Shown here piece after piece: positions 40,219-49,720 of a stretch of DNA of 64,000 nucleotides (position 1 is its first letter; each line of letters opens with the position of its first letter). The notes beneath the pieces were generated by a model. The model was not told where the DNA came from, did not search any database, and saw only the letters and a program-made list of their open reading frames with translations. The stretch is from a virus (taxonomy: Duplodnaviria > Caudoviricetes). Location: the IMG/VR virus record IMGVR_UViG_3300042887_002440, positions 1,899-65,898 of that record, one strand, 5' to 3'. Made by a program: the position numbers and the translations under genes.

Positions 40219-41562
40219 ATGGCTTTATTAAACGAAGAATTGCAAAATAAATGGAGTCCAGTTCTGGATCATCCAGAATTAGCAAAAATTACTGATCCAT
40301 ACAAAAAAGCAGTTACTGCAATTGTATTGGAAAATCAACAAGCAGCGATGGATTCAGATCGCGAAACATTGATGGAAGGAACACCAACTAATACAACTGG
40401 CGGTATTTCTAACTTCGATCCAATCTTAATCAGTTTAGTACGTCGTGCTTTACCTAATTTGATTGCATATGACGTAGCTGGCGTTCAACCAATGACTGGT
40501 CCTACTGGTTTGATCTTTGCTCTACGTTCACGTTATGGTGCACAAGGTTCAGCTCAAAGCAATGGCAGCACTTCTGGTGGCGGAACAGAAGCATTCTACA
40601 ACGAAGCTAATACTATCTTCTCTGGTATTATTGGCACAGGCGGTTCTGTTTCTACAGGTCAATCTAATACTGCTGTTGGTACATCAGGTCCAAATGCTAA
40701 TTCAGTATTTGATTCTGGACAAGGTATGACAACTGCTGCTGGTGAAGTATTAGGCGACGGTAATGGTACTGTATTCGGCGAAATGTCAATTTCAATCGAA
40801 AAAGTTACTGTTTCTGCAAAAACTCGTGCATTGAAAGCTGAATACAGCTTAGAAATGGCACAAGATTTGAAAGCAATTCATGGTTTAGATGCTGAAACTG
40901 AATTATCAAACGTTTTATCTACAGAAATTCTTGCTGAGATGAACCGTGAAGTAATTCGTACAATCTATACAGTTGCTAAAGCTGGTGCTCAATTCGGTAC
41001 AGTTACTGCTGGTGTATTCGACTTAGATACAGACTCAAATGGTCGTTGGTCAGTTGAAAGATTTAAAGGTTTGATTTATCATATCGAAAGAGAAGCTAAT
41101 CAAATCGCAAAAACAACACGTAGAGGAAAAGGTAACATCTTAATTGTTTCTTCTGACGTTGCTTCTGCTCTAGCAATGGCTGGCGTATTACAATATACTC
41201 CTGCTTTATCTGCTGATTTACAAGTTGACGATACTGGTAATACATTTGCTGGTTTGTTACACGGTCGTATCAAAGTTTATATCGATCCTTATTTCGGTGG
41301 TTCATATCAAAACGTTGAATTATGTACAGTTGGTTATAAAGGTACAAGTCCTTATGACTCTGGTTTATTCTACTGTCCATATGTTCCTTTACAAATGGTT
41401 CGTGCAGTTGATCCAGGTACTTTCCAACCAAAAATTGGCTTCAAAACTCGTTATGGTTTAGTTGCAAACCCATTTGCTGAAGGTTTAACTCAAGGCTTGG
41501 GTGCTATTACTCCACGTAGCAACAACTATTACAGAATTTTTGCAGTGAAAAATCTTATGTAA
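40219..41562 (+). CDS. gp23: Major capsid protein
   Basis: KW.PVL, GVQPMTGPTGLIFA, KTRALKAEY..E.AQDLKA.HGLDAE.EL and FQPKIGFKTRYG motifs. Confidence 0.98.
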   Translation: MALLNEELQNKWSPVLDHPELAKITDPYKKAVTAIVLENQQAAMDSDRETLMEGTPTNTTGGISNFDPILISLVRRALPNLIAYDVAGVQPMTGPTGLIFALRSRYGAQGSAQSNGSTSGGGTEAFYNEANTIFSGIIGTGGSVSTGQSNTAVGTSGPNANSVFDSGQGMTTAAGEVLGDGNGTVFGEMSISIEKVTVSAKTRALKAEYSLEMAQDLKAIHGLDAETELSNVLSTEILAEMNREVIRTIYTVAKAGAQFGTVTAGVFDLDTDSNGRWSVERFKGLIYHIEREANQIAKTTRRGKGNILIVSSDVASALAMAGVLQYTPALSADLQVDDTGNTFAGLLHGRIKVYIDPYFGGSYQNVELCTVGYKGTSPYDSGLFYCPYVPLQMVRAVDPGTFQPKIGFKTRYGLVANPFAEGLTQGLGAITPRSNNYYRIFAVKNLM

Positions 41563-41587
41563 TTTAGTTGTGTTTCAAGGATGAAAC

Positions 41588-41612
41588 AAAAAGGGAGCTT
41601 CGGCTCCCTTTT
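41588..41612. terminator. Bidirectional intrinsic terminator with cUUCGg loop
   Basis: AAAAAGGGAGC-TTCG-GCTCCCTTTT between convergent gp23 and the modification operon. Confidence 0.92.
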
Positions 41613-41621
41613 CTATTGTAT

Positions 41622-42164
41622 TTAAAATAAGAAAGAATTAATTTTATCTAAAATTATTTTTTGATCATCAAGAGTATTATTAGAATATGATTCTATAATG
41701 AATAAAAAATCCATATTAGTTTGAATATTTGATATTTTTGATTTTCTACCTTTTAAAAATGTTTCAGATTGATCTGAACCCCTATCAGAATAACGTTCAG
41801 TTAATAATTTCTCATCTGCTGTCAATACAATGATTTTAAATTCTGTATCTGGTAGAGAAGATAAAAAATTAAAGAATTTTGAATTTGTTAATCTATCCCC
41901 CTCAAATATAATATTTGAATTACAGTTTGAAATAAAGTCTACTGCAGCAGGTTGAACTGCCATACTCATTCTATCTGTACCAGCAAATATTTCTCCTTCT
42001 TCATACTTTCCCAAAATATGACAATCGTATTTTTCATTATATAAAGTAGGAACTAATTTAACTGGTTCTTTAGCAATCCAATCTTTTTGCTCATCAATAA
42101 TTTTCTTAAACAAAGTAGTTTTACCAACTCCTGGTCTACCGATTACAGCTAATATTTTTCTCAT
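41622..42164 (-). CDS. P-loop nucleotide kinase-like protein (DNA-modification associated)
   Basis: Walker A GRPGVGKTT, AGTDRMSM, IFEGDRL and R...RGS.Q lid; last gene of the operon. Confidence 0.75.
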   Translation of the reverse strand: MRKILAVIGRPGVGKTTLFKKIIDEQKDWIAKEPVKLVPTLYNEKYDCHILGKYEEGEIFAGTDRMSMAVQPAAVDFISNCNSNIIFEGDRLTNSKFFNFLSSLPDTEFKIIVLTADEKLLTERYSDRGSDQSETFLKGRKSKISNIQTNMDFLFIIESYSNNTLDDQKIILDKINSFLF

Positions 42165-42173
42165 AACAATTCC

Positions 42174-43193
42174 TTAAAAAAACGCATCAATACCTATTAA
42201 TTGTACTTCTTCATCACTAAACATCCATTCAAGATATTCTAGTTTTCCAGTATTAATGAAATTACTAAATTTAAATTTATCTATACCTGTTCTTTTATCT
42301 AAATTTGATGTTAAATATTCGCTTCTTGCTTGCCATAGAACATTCCAATCAATACCGATCCAACCATCATTTTCAGCTAAAAGTATTTCTTCTGCTTGCC
42401 TATCTAAATAATATCCAAGATACCTTCCTCGTTTTTCTCTAAAAATTTTCTTAAATGAACATAAACAAGTTTCCATAGTAAAAAAATCTAAATTGTAGTT
42501 TAATTCAGGAAATCTATGTGACATTTCTTGTAAAATGCTAATAGCTTCTTGTTCTAAGTAATCATATTGTTCTTTTGTTAATTTCGTATCACATTCAGAA
42601 TCTCTACCTAAAGCTAGCAATAAACCATTTCTATGGGATCTAGAACCACTATAATCATTTAACATTAAAGAAGTAGGTTCAATTTTAATATTAGCTGTTG
42701 ATTTTAAATGCTGTAAATAAAACCAAGTAGAATATCTTCCAAATTTATAAAATTTAGAATTTACAATTTCCCATAAATTTTTAAAATTTTCTTTTTCATT
42801 TTGCCCATAAAAAGATTCTATAGCCTGTTTTTGGGTTGAATTAGAAACAAATTCTTTATAAGAATTAAACATTACAGGTAAATGCCCTTTATTCCATTTT
42901 GTATCAGTTTGATATCTCAATTTTAAATAATTTTCAGTATTCCAATTATTTAATCTATCATAAGTTACTAACTCAAAATCAGGAAACTCATTTAATAATA
43001 CCCAAGATGTAGGTAATTGATATGTATTGCTATATAACCAACAAAACCATATTTTTTGTTCTGAATTATGTTCAAACCTTTTATTTAAATAATTAGTTAA
43101 CCATACAGCTGGATCACAATCATTATATTTTAAAGACCAAGCGTACCAACGAATAAATGCTTCTCTTCTATTTTGTTTTATTCTATAATCCAT
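42174..43193 (-). CDS. Amino acid:DNA transferase-like protein (aGPT-Pplase2 family, HhH-glycosylase-like fold)
   Basis: DCDP, W..WLY..TY, FGRYSTWFYLQHL and ETCLCSFKK...GRY.GYY motifs recognised from thymidine-hypermodifying phages. Confidence 0.72.
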   Translation of the reverse strand: MDYRIKQNRREAFIRWYAWSLKYNDCDPAVWLTNYLNKRFEHNSEQKIWFCWLYSNTYQLPTSWVLLNEFPDFELVTYDRLNNWNTENYLKLRYQTDTKWNKGHLPVMFNSYKEFVSNSTQKQAIESFYGQNEKENFKNLWEIVNSKFYKFGRYSTWFYLQHLKSTANIKIEPTSLMLNDYSGSRSHRNGLLLALGRDSECDTKLTKEQYDYLEQEAISILQEMSHRFPELNYNLDFFTMETCLCSFKKIFREKRGRYLGYYLDRQAEEILLAENDGWIGIDWNVLWQARSEYLTSNLDKRTGIDKFKFSNFINTGKLEYLEWMFSDEEVQLIGIDAFF

Positions 43194-43633
43194 GGATTAG
43201 TCGCGCCATCATTAATGTAAATTGTTAAAGCATTAACTAACATATCAATAACTTTCTTATGTAGTTCGTTATCTTTTGCGAAATTTGGATCTGGTATTTT
43301 TTCCTCACCAATCAAACTACTAATTCTAATAGATTTCTTTGAAGCATCAACTCCAAATTTAGAAAATAGCCGCTTTTCATTACTATCGTCCATATAAAAA
43401 ATAACATCAGCCCAATCAACCAACTCTTTTGATATTGGTGTTGATCTAATTCCATCAGTAGGGAATCCTTTTTCAGTTAGAGCCAATCGCATTTTTTTAG
43501 CAGTTATTTCTCCGCCATTAGTATCTTTTAAAGCCGCAGATTTAATTTCCCAATCTGGTTTAAATTTTTGTAAAATTATTTCACCAGCAGCACTTCTGTT
43601 AATATTACCATGACAAACGAATAAAATTTTCAT
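43178..43633 (-). CDS. Low-molecular-weight phosphatase (LMW-PTP/ArsC fold)
   Basis: N-terminal ILFVCHGNINRS (CX5R P-loop), WAD.I..MD and IPDP general-acid motif. Confidence 0.88.
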   Translation of the reverse strand: MKILFVCHGNINRSAAGEIILQKFKPDWEIKSAALKDTNGGEITAKKMRLALTEKGFPTDGIRSTPISKELVDWADVIFYMDDSNEKRLFSKFGVDASKKSIRISSLIGEEKIPDPNFAKDNELHKKVIDMLVNALTIYINDGATNPWIIE

Positions 43634-44598
43634 ATTCCACTTTCCTGTAATTCCAACATAATAGGATATACATCTTTTGCTGTTATAGTTCCTATTGCAT
43701 CAATATCTATTCTCTTTCTTAACGCAGAAAGTCTATTTGATATTTCAGTCTTAGTATTTGTATCAAAATTAGTCCACTGATATATTTGTTCAGCTTCAAA
43801 ATTATATGGTTGAAATTTAGGAAAAGACCAATCTTGTTCCATATAAAATTCTCTAGGGGAAATATCATCTAAATTCAATGCTGCATTTAAAAATTGTTGA
43901 CACCAACGAATACAAGATTCCATTTCTACCATATCTAACGTTCCAGGAAAATGTCTAAATTCTATGGTATTAGTTTCTTCCCACATTTGTCTCAAGTTAA
44001 TTCCAGCTCTAGGGGAAAAATACCACATTCTACCTTTTTCTGTTAATGGAGCATGTTCCTCGTAAAATTCTTGAGTAGTTTTTGCTGCTAGCATTGCATC
44101 AACTCTATTTTTCGGTAATTTATATTGATGAGATTTATGACGACGTTTCATTCGTTTCAAAGCCCATGTATATTCCAATGCAGGCATTGTTGATTTATTT
44201 GGTACAGGTATAGTTTCAACTATATCAAATGCTTGTTGTTGGTATCGTTCAATATATTTTAATAATTTTTTACAATCTTCTAAATTATCTTTTAGACCTG
44301 GAACTCTTACATGAATATGTAAATTACTTCTATAATTAACGTTTGGTGCGGGAGATAATGCTAAGTTAATTAATTTAATATGTTCTATTTGATCTTCTAT
44401 ACTATAAGTTGGTTTTGTATTAATTTCTCCACCAAATGAGTATAATTTGCCATGAGGATCGTTTCCAATTCCAGTTGAACTAACGCATGTATTATCTTTA
44501 TCATTCCAAGCAGCACCATCTGGCAATTCACAAAATCTATATGAATCACCATATTCCAATTCAACTCCATAACTCCATGCATCTACATCATAATTCAT
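43630..44598 (-). CDS. Amidoligase (glutamine-synthetase-like COOH-NH2 ligase)
   Basis: YGVELEY, GGEINT, LHIHV and TIEFRHFPGT motifs. Confidence 0.8.
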   Translation of the reverse strand: MNYDVDAWSYGVELEYGDSYRFCELPDGAAWNDKDNTCVSSTGIGNDPHGKLYSFGGEINTKPTYSIEDQIEHIKLINLALSPAPNVNYRSNLHIHVRVPGLKDNLEDCKKLLKYIERYQQQAFDIVETIPVPNKSTMPALEYTWALKRMKRRHKSHQYKLPKNRVDAMLAAKTTQEFYEEHAPLTEKGRMWYFSPRAGINLRQMWEETNTIEFRHFPGTLDMVEMESCIRWCQQFLNAALNLDDISPREFYMEQDWSFPKFQPYNFEAEQIYQWTNFDTNTKTEISNRLSALRKRIDIDAIGTITAKDVYPIMLELQESGI

Positions 44599-44637
44599 AC
44601 ATAAATCCTCTTAGATATTTTTGTTTTACTAATATTT

Positions 44638-45324
44638 TCATAAATGTTGAAAGTCTTTACTATTTTCAATAATTTCTTCTTTAAAAACTTTGTTTAAATT
44701 ATTATCATATGTTACATATGTATTTAATGCAACTTCTATTGGTTTTTCTTTAATACCTGCTCTTTTTGGTATATTTTCAGTTGAAGTTATTATAACAGAA
44801 TTATTTAAAGAAGTAACGTATATTGGTCGTTTACCATTTCTAAAAACTTGTAATGTTTTATTTGCTGATAGAGTACAAACAGCCAACGAACTATCTTTCC
44901 ACTTAATTAATGGAGAAATATTCTCTTCTATTGTATGTAATAACAATTCAGAGTCATTTTTTGTCGAGCAATCATATCCGTATAATTCTTTCCACTTTTC
45001 TGGCAATTCTTGTGTGATTACTCCATTATGCACTACGGATATATTTTTATTAGAAATAGGCTGATTATATTCCAAATCACTTGTGCTATATCTACAATGA
45101 CCAATAAGATAAAGATTTCCATCTTCGTTTATATAATCTAAAAAATTAAATTCAAATTTATTTGCTGGTACTGGAAATGATATAGTATGAACAATATTAT
45201 CTTTTACATACGATAACCCAGTAGCATGCAACCCTCTAATACTAGATTCTAAAAATATTTTATGTATCAAATCAAAATCTAAATTAGAGGGGTTTTGCAT
45301 TAAAACCCCTATAACTGCACACAT
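44638..45324 (-). CDS. Class II (Ntn) glutamine amidotransferase, stand-alone domain
   Basis: Cys2 nucleophile (MCAVIG), RGLHATG, GHCRYST, NQP, HNGVI and DSE motifs. Confidence 0.88.
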   Translation of the reverse strand: MCAVIGVLMQNPSNLDFDLIHKIFLESSIRGLHATGLSYVKDNIVHTISFPVPANKFEFNFLDYINEDGNLYLIGHCRYSTSDLEYNQPISNKNISVVHNGVITQELPEKWKELYGYDCSTKNDSELLLHTIEENISPLIKWKDSSLAVCTLSANKTLQVFRNGKRPIYVTSLNNSVIITSTENIPKRAGIKEKPIEVALNTYVTYDNNLNKVFKEEIIENSKDFQHL

Positions 45325-46706
45325 TAAAAAAAGTTCTCCAAAGTGTTACCAAATTGCGTATCGTATAAATCTTTATGATAGGTTTGTAACCATTCTTTAC
45401 CATTGGGTTGCTTTAAAAGATAATCTACCCATTCTTGCGATTCCCACAATCCAGGAGTAATACCATTCCAACGATATCTTTGATCTGGGTGATCGGGATT
45501 TAATCTACGACTATCAATAAATTCTCTACGAGTATTTTCATAATCATAAGAACCTAGCGTTAACATACCTTCATGGAAGAAAGCAATCATACTAATTCTT
45601 TCTGCATCAGGATCTTTTAATACTAATTCAGTATTTCCATGTAATCCAGCTTGATTATTTACCAATAACAAGTCAGTTGGTCTAACATTAACAGCATAAC
45701 CTATTTCTGGAAATACCAAATAACAGCCTTCATATTGGTCATTATTAGACATAACACAAAGATTAGCAAATCCATCTTCCATATTAGCAGGATCGTAATG
45801 ACCAGCAGTACGGAAATTTTTATTTACAGTAATTGTTGTAAATGGAGTTTCCGGAACAACAAATCTATGATCAATTGATTCTGCAGCTCGTTTTTGATTA
45901 CCGTAACGCCATGGTAACATATCTTCAAATCCTTTAGCTAAAGATTTTAAGAATGGATACGACTTAGCAAACTTTTCTGCGTTATCTCTGGTGTATGTAG
46001 TTGGTCTACCATAAGGAATTCTAGGATATCTATCATACCAACCAGCAATACCAGAATTAACAACATTAGCATAAGTCGTTTTACTAATAAATTTATCTAA
46101 AATACGTTGAGCTTCAGATTTTGCTTCATCAATAGTTAATGTACATAATTTATCAATAAAATCATTAAATACAAATTGTTCAGTTTTAATTTTTTCGCTT
46201 AACCAAACAACTCCACGACTATCATCACATTTTAAATTTTTATATTTTGCTCTAATTGCATCAACATCAACTTTAGGATTATATTCGCCAAATACTGAGG
46301 TTGAGTTTTTATGAGCAAAAAATTCTAATAAATCAAATTGTTCATCAGTAACCCATTCTCTTCCTGCACAAGTAGCAGTTCTTGGTCCACCAGCCATACC
46401 GCGATTTTGAGTTTCAACTGCTGCATCTCGTAAACCAGCATAAGCCGCTGCTGCTTCTTCTTTATTAAAGAAGTTTTTACGAAACTTAAACACGATATTT
46501 TTTTCTGATAAACCTTTTGCGCAACCAGAGCAATTTAAATCATTATCGCAATTTTCCTCTGCAGTAAAATCAGAGCAATCTGGGGGAAGATATAAATCCA
46601 TATCTTCTTCTACTAATATTTTATAATGACTTTCATTAAGCCATTTACCAACCAAATCAGGTCTTGGAGTTACCTCTTCCGGTCTTAAAACAACAACTTG
46701 TACCAT
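45324..46706 (-). CDS. TET/JBP-family 2-oxoglutarate/Fe(II) dioxygenase
   Basis: PFTTITVNKNFRTAGHYD (HxD), G.YLVFPE, DLLL, LHGNT (distal His) and RIS...F (2OG-binding Arg). Confidence 0.82.
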   Translation of the reverse strand: MVQVVVLRPEEVTPRPDLVGKWLNESHYKILVEEDMDLYLPPDCSDFTAEENCDNDLNCSGCAKGLSEKNIVFKFRKNFFNKEEAAAAYAGLRDAAVETQNRGMAGGPRTATCAGREWVTDEQFDLLEFFAHKNSTSVFGEYNPKVDVDAIRAKYKNLKCDDSRGVVWLSEKIKTEQFVFNDFIDKLCTLTIDEAKSEAQRILDKFISKTTYANVVNSGIAGWYDRYPRIPYGRPTTYTRDNAEKFAKSYPFLKSLAKGFEDMLPWRYGNQKRAAESIDHRFVVPETPFTTITVNKNFRTAGHYDPANMEDGFANLCVMSNNDQYEGCYLVFPEIGYAVNVRPTDLLLVNNQAGLHGNTELVLKDPDAERISMIAFFHEGMLTLGSYDYENTRREFIDSRRLNPDHPDQRYRWNGITPGLWESQEWVDYLLKQPNGKEWLQTYHKDLYDTQFGNTLENFF

Positions 46707-46734
46707 CTATATCTCCTATTGTAAGTTCACATAT

Positions 46735-46763
46735 ATTATAATATATAAATTAAAAAAAGTAAA
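46735..46763 (-). promoter_or_regulatory. Sigma70-type (early) promoter of the modification operon
   Basis: Minus strand TTTACT-N17-TATAAT; AGGAGA ribosome-binding site before the ATG at 46706. Confidence 0.7.
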
Positions 46764-46785
46764 GTATTTTTTGTATTTAGAATTT

Positions 46786-46793
46786 TATAAATA
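46786..46793 (+). promoter_or_regulatory. T4-type late promoter
   Basis: TATAAATA upstream of gp3. Confidence 0.78.
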
Positions 46794-46820
46794 TAAGTAA
46801 ATAAATTATAAGGATTTTTT

Positions 46821-47357
46821 ATGGCTCTTAACGATACAAATATCTGTAATACGGATTTATTACAGTCATCAAAATTTATTTTCTTGATACCCAGATTAAC
46901 AGAAGTACAATTTTTTTGTCAAGCTGCTAACCTTCCAGGAGTTAATTCACAAAGCACTGTGCAGGTAAATCCATTTAGAGATGCTGCTGTTCCTGGGGAT
47001 AAAATGGAATATGAAGATTTAGAAGTAGAGTTTCTTGTTGATGAGGAATTGAGATCTTGGGCATCAATTTATTATTGGATTAAAGGATATACGCAAGCTG
47101 AAGCATTTGAAGATTATCAAAATTTAGATAAACTCTCTAAATTCTCACAGTACGAATATATAAACACTCCACAATACGCCGATGCTCTATTAACAACTCT
47201 AAGCGCAAATGATAAACCTAAAGTAAGAATACATTTTATAGATTTGTTTCCTGTATATTTGTCAGCTATTCCTTTTGATGTTAGAGTTAGCTCAGAAAAA
47301 ACTATGACAGCAACCGCAACATTTAGATTTAAACGTTATGAAATAGCTTTAGTTTAA
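46821..47357 (+). CDS. gp3: Tail tube terminator gp3-like
   Basis: FFCQ.ANLPG, PGDK.EY..L...FLVDE....W and F.DLFP..LS motifs; immediately before uvsY as in T4-like phages. Confidence 0.82.
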   Translation: MALNDTNICNTDLLQSSKFIFLIPRLTEVQFFCQAANLPGVNSQSTVQVNPFRDAAVPGDKMEYEDLEVEFLVDEELRSWASIYYWIKGYTQAEAFEDYQNLDKLSKFSQYEYINTPQYADALLTTLSANDKPKVRIHFIDLFPVYLSAIPFDVRVSSEKTMTATATFRFKRYEIALV

Positions 47358-47398
47358 CACCCTATATATTTTTGTAATGTTTATTTTGAGAATTTAAA

Positions 47399-47839
47399 AT
47401 GATAAAACTTGATACAATTATAGAATATTGGAAAAATGACAGTCAAATTGACGAATCTAAACCGCACCAAGAATTGGTAAACACTCCTCTTTTGCACGCA
47501 AAATATGTAGAGATTCTTTCTCAGCATAGGCTTGCTGCACAAAAATCAAAATTTGATCACGCAAAAATGAAAAAAATTCGTAGAGAGTATTATCTAGGGA
47601 ATCTAGCAAAAGAAACTTTAGATGAATACGGATGGGAACAGTTTGACTTAAAAATTGGAACCAAAGGTAATATTGATACTTATCTTGAAGCGGATGACTA
47701 TTTAATAAAAATTTTAGAAAAGAAAGCTTACTATGAGGAATGCGTGTTTATTTGTGAAGCAATTCTCAAAGAAATTAATAACAGAACTTGGCAATTAAGA
47801 GAGTACATGACATATGCTAGATTTTTAGCTGGAAATTAA
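47399..47839 (+). CDS. uvsY: Recombination mediator UvsY
   Basis: W..DS.ID, P.LHAKY, EYY.G and I..R.WQ motifs. Confidence 0.9.
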   Translation: MIKLDTIIEYWKNDSQIDESKPHQELVNTPLLHAKYVEILSQHRLAAQKSKFDHAKMKKIRREYYLGNLAKETLDEYGWEQFDLKIGTKGNIDTYLEADDYLIKILEKKAYYEECVFICEAILKEINNRTWQLREYMTYARFLAGN

Positions 47840-47840
47840 A

Positions 47841-49346
47841 ATGATAATTGAAATTGAAAAACATAATGAAACTTATGCTATCCTTAAATGCGATAAAGGG
47901 ATTGCACAAGAATTAAGCGACTACTTTTCATTTTTTGCTACTGGATATAAATTTATGCCCAGTTATAAATCTAGGCTCTGGGATGGAAAAGTAAGATTGG
48001 CAAAAATTTTACCTAATGGAGATATGGAGTTTTTCGTTGGTCTAATACCCCAGCTAGAGGCGTTTACAAAAGATCGCGGCTATACCATTAGTTATAATTA
48101 TAAGGACAACTATGACCCCGTTACGGACGTAGAATTGCATAAATTTATTACTTCATTAAATATTCATTCTAATGGCAAGAAAATTGAGGTAAGAGATTAT
48201 CAATTTAAAGGTGTATTAGATTTTTTAAATGAAAAACGATTAATGCTTCTTTCTCCAACAAGTTCAGGAAAAAGTTGTATATTGTATATTATTGTTAGGT
48301 TTTTACTAGCACACAATAGAAAGAAAGGTTTATTGTTAGTTCCTAATACTTCTTTATGTCACCAGCTTACATCAGATTTTGCAGATTACTCCAGTCATAA
48401 TGGATGGGACGTAAATAAACATATCCATATGATATTTGCAGGTCAAGATAAAAATGCTGAAAAACAGTTATATATTAGCACTTGGCAATCTTTATTTAAT
48501 CATAAAAGTAGAACATATTTCGATCAGTTTGATTTTGTTTTGTGTGATGAAGCTCATTTAGCATCAGCGAATAGTTTAACTGGAATAGTTCAAAAATGTG
48601 TTAATGCCGATTACAGAGTTGGTGTTACTGGAACTTTAAATGGACAAAAAATTCATTCATTACAGTTAGAAAGTTTATTCGGTCAAGTTAGAAGAGTGAT
48701 AACAACAAAAGAATTAATGGATAAAAAACAAGTAACAAAATTAAATATTAAGTGTATTGTATTAAAATATCCAGAGGAAATTTGTAAATTATCTAAAGGT
48801 TTAAAATACCAACAAGAATTAGAATATTTAATTGCTAATACTGGTAGAAATAAGTTTATTAAAAATTTATCATTATCATTAAAGGGAAATACATTATTGT
48901 TATATCAATATGTTGAAAAACATGGAGATGTGTTATATGATTTAATTTCAAATTCAAAACATGCTGTTAATAAAAAGATATATTATATACACGGAAATAT
49001 AAAAGCAGAAGAACGAGAAGAAATTAGAAAAGCAATGGAAACCGAACATAATGTCATTTTAATAGGTTCTGTTGGAACGGTATCAACTGGTACTAATATT
49101 AAAAACCTACATAATATTATATTTGCTAGTCCTTCTAAATCTAGAATTCGAAACCTTCAGGCTATTGGTCGTGTTTTAAGATTAAATGAAAACAAAGATG
49201 AAGCAATATTATATGACCTTGCTGATGATTTACGGTATAAGAAACATCAAAACTATACTTTAACACATTTCCAAGAAAGAATCAAAATATATGATTCTGA
49301 AAAATTTGATTACAAAATTATTAAAGTGGATATGGAAACATTATGA
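47841..49346 (+). CDS. uvsW: SF2 DNA helicase UvsW
   Basis: RDYQ, SPTSSGKS, DEAH, G.TGT and LQAIGRVLR motifs. Confidence 0.96.
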   Translation: MIIEIEKHNETYAILKCDKGIAQELSDYFSFFATGYKFMPSYKSRLWDGKVRLAKILPNGDMEFFVGLIPQLEAFTKDRGYTISYNYKDNYDPVTDVELHKFITSLNIHSNGKKIEVRDYQFKGVLDFLNEKRLMLLSPTSSGKSCILYIIVRFLLAHNRKKGLLLVPNTSLCHQLTSDFADYSSHNGWDVNKHIHMIFAGQDKNAEKQLYISTWQSLFNHKSRTYFDQFDFVLCDEAHLASANSLTGIVQKCVNADYRVGVTGTLNGQKIHSLQLESLFGQVRRVITTKELMDKKQVTKLNIKCIVLKYPEEICKLSKGLKYQQELEYLIANTGRNKFIKNLSLSLKGNTLLLYQYVEKHGDVLYDLISNSKHAVNKKIYYIHGNIKAEEREEIRKAMETEHNVILIGSVGTVSTGTNIKNLHNIIFASPSKSRIRNLQAIGRVLRLNENKDEAILYDLADDLRYKKHQNYTLTHFQERIKIYDSEKFDYKIIKVDMETL

Positions 49347-49720
49347 CAGAAAAATTTGAAGTAAAAATTGTTAGATTAAAAACAGGCGAAGATTTAATTG
49401 GGTTTTATTATAACGATAAAGAAAATAATACAGTAATATTAAAATACCCGAAAACATTTTATCCAACAATAGATGTTGAAAATGAAGTCGAAGAAATTAT
49501 TATGGTAGATTGGATGCCACCAGAAGCATTTCCGGTTCAAGAAGCACCTATTCCACAAGATCATATTTTATTCATTTCTTATCCAACTATCGAGTTTGGA
49601 TACAGATACCTTGATTTTGTTTTAGATTATCTGGATCCAGAATCTGTATTAGCTAAACAAATTAAAGAAACTATAAATGCCGAATTAGAAGTTCCATCAG
49701 AAGGATTAACAATTCATTAA
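49343..49720 (+). CDS. Conserved hypothetical protein (Sm-like N-terminus)
   Basis: KIVRLKTGEDLIG and W.P motifs; usual slot between uvsW and gp55. Confidence 0.65.
   Translation: MTEKFEVKIVRLKTGEDLIGFYYNDKENNTVILKYPKTFYPTIDVENEVEEIIMVDWMPPEAFPVQEAPIPQDHILFISYPTIEFGYRYLDFVLDYLDPESVLAKQIKETINAELEVPSEGLTIH

Noticed and set aside
43178-45324. ArsC and GlmS/PurF-like genes as auxiliary metabolic genes
   Set aside because: The GATase lacks a synthase domain, the phosphatase has only the single P-loop Cys, and both are coupled inside the modification operon.
31713-49346. Introns or inteins in terminase, sheath, portal, capsid or UvsW
   Set aside because: ORFs are continuous and of ordinary length, with no intein or intron signatures seen.
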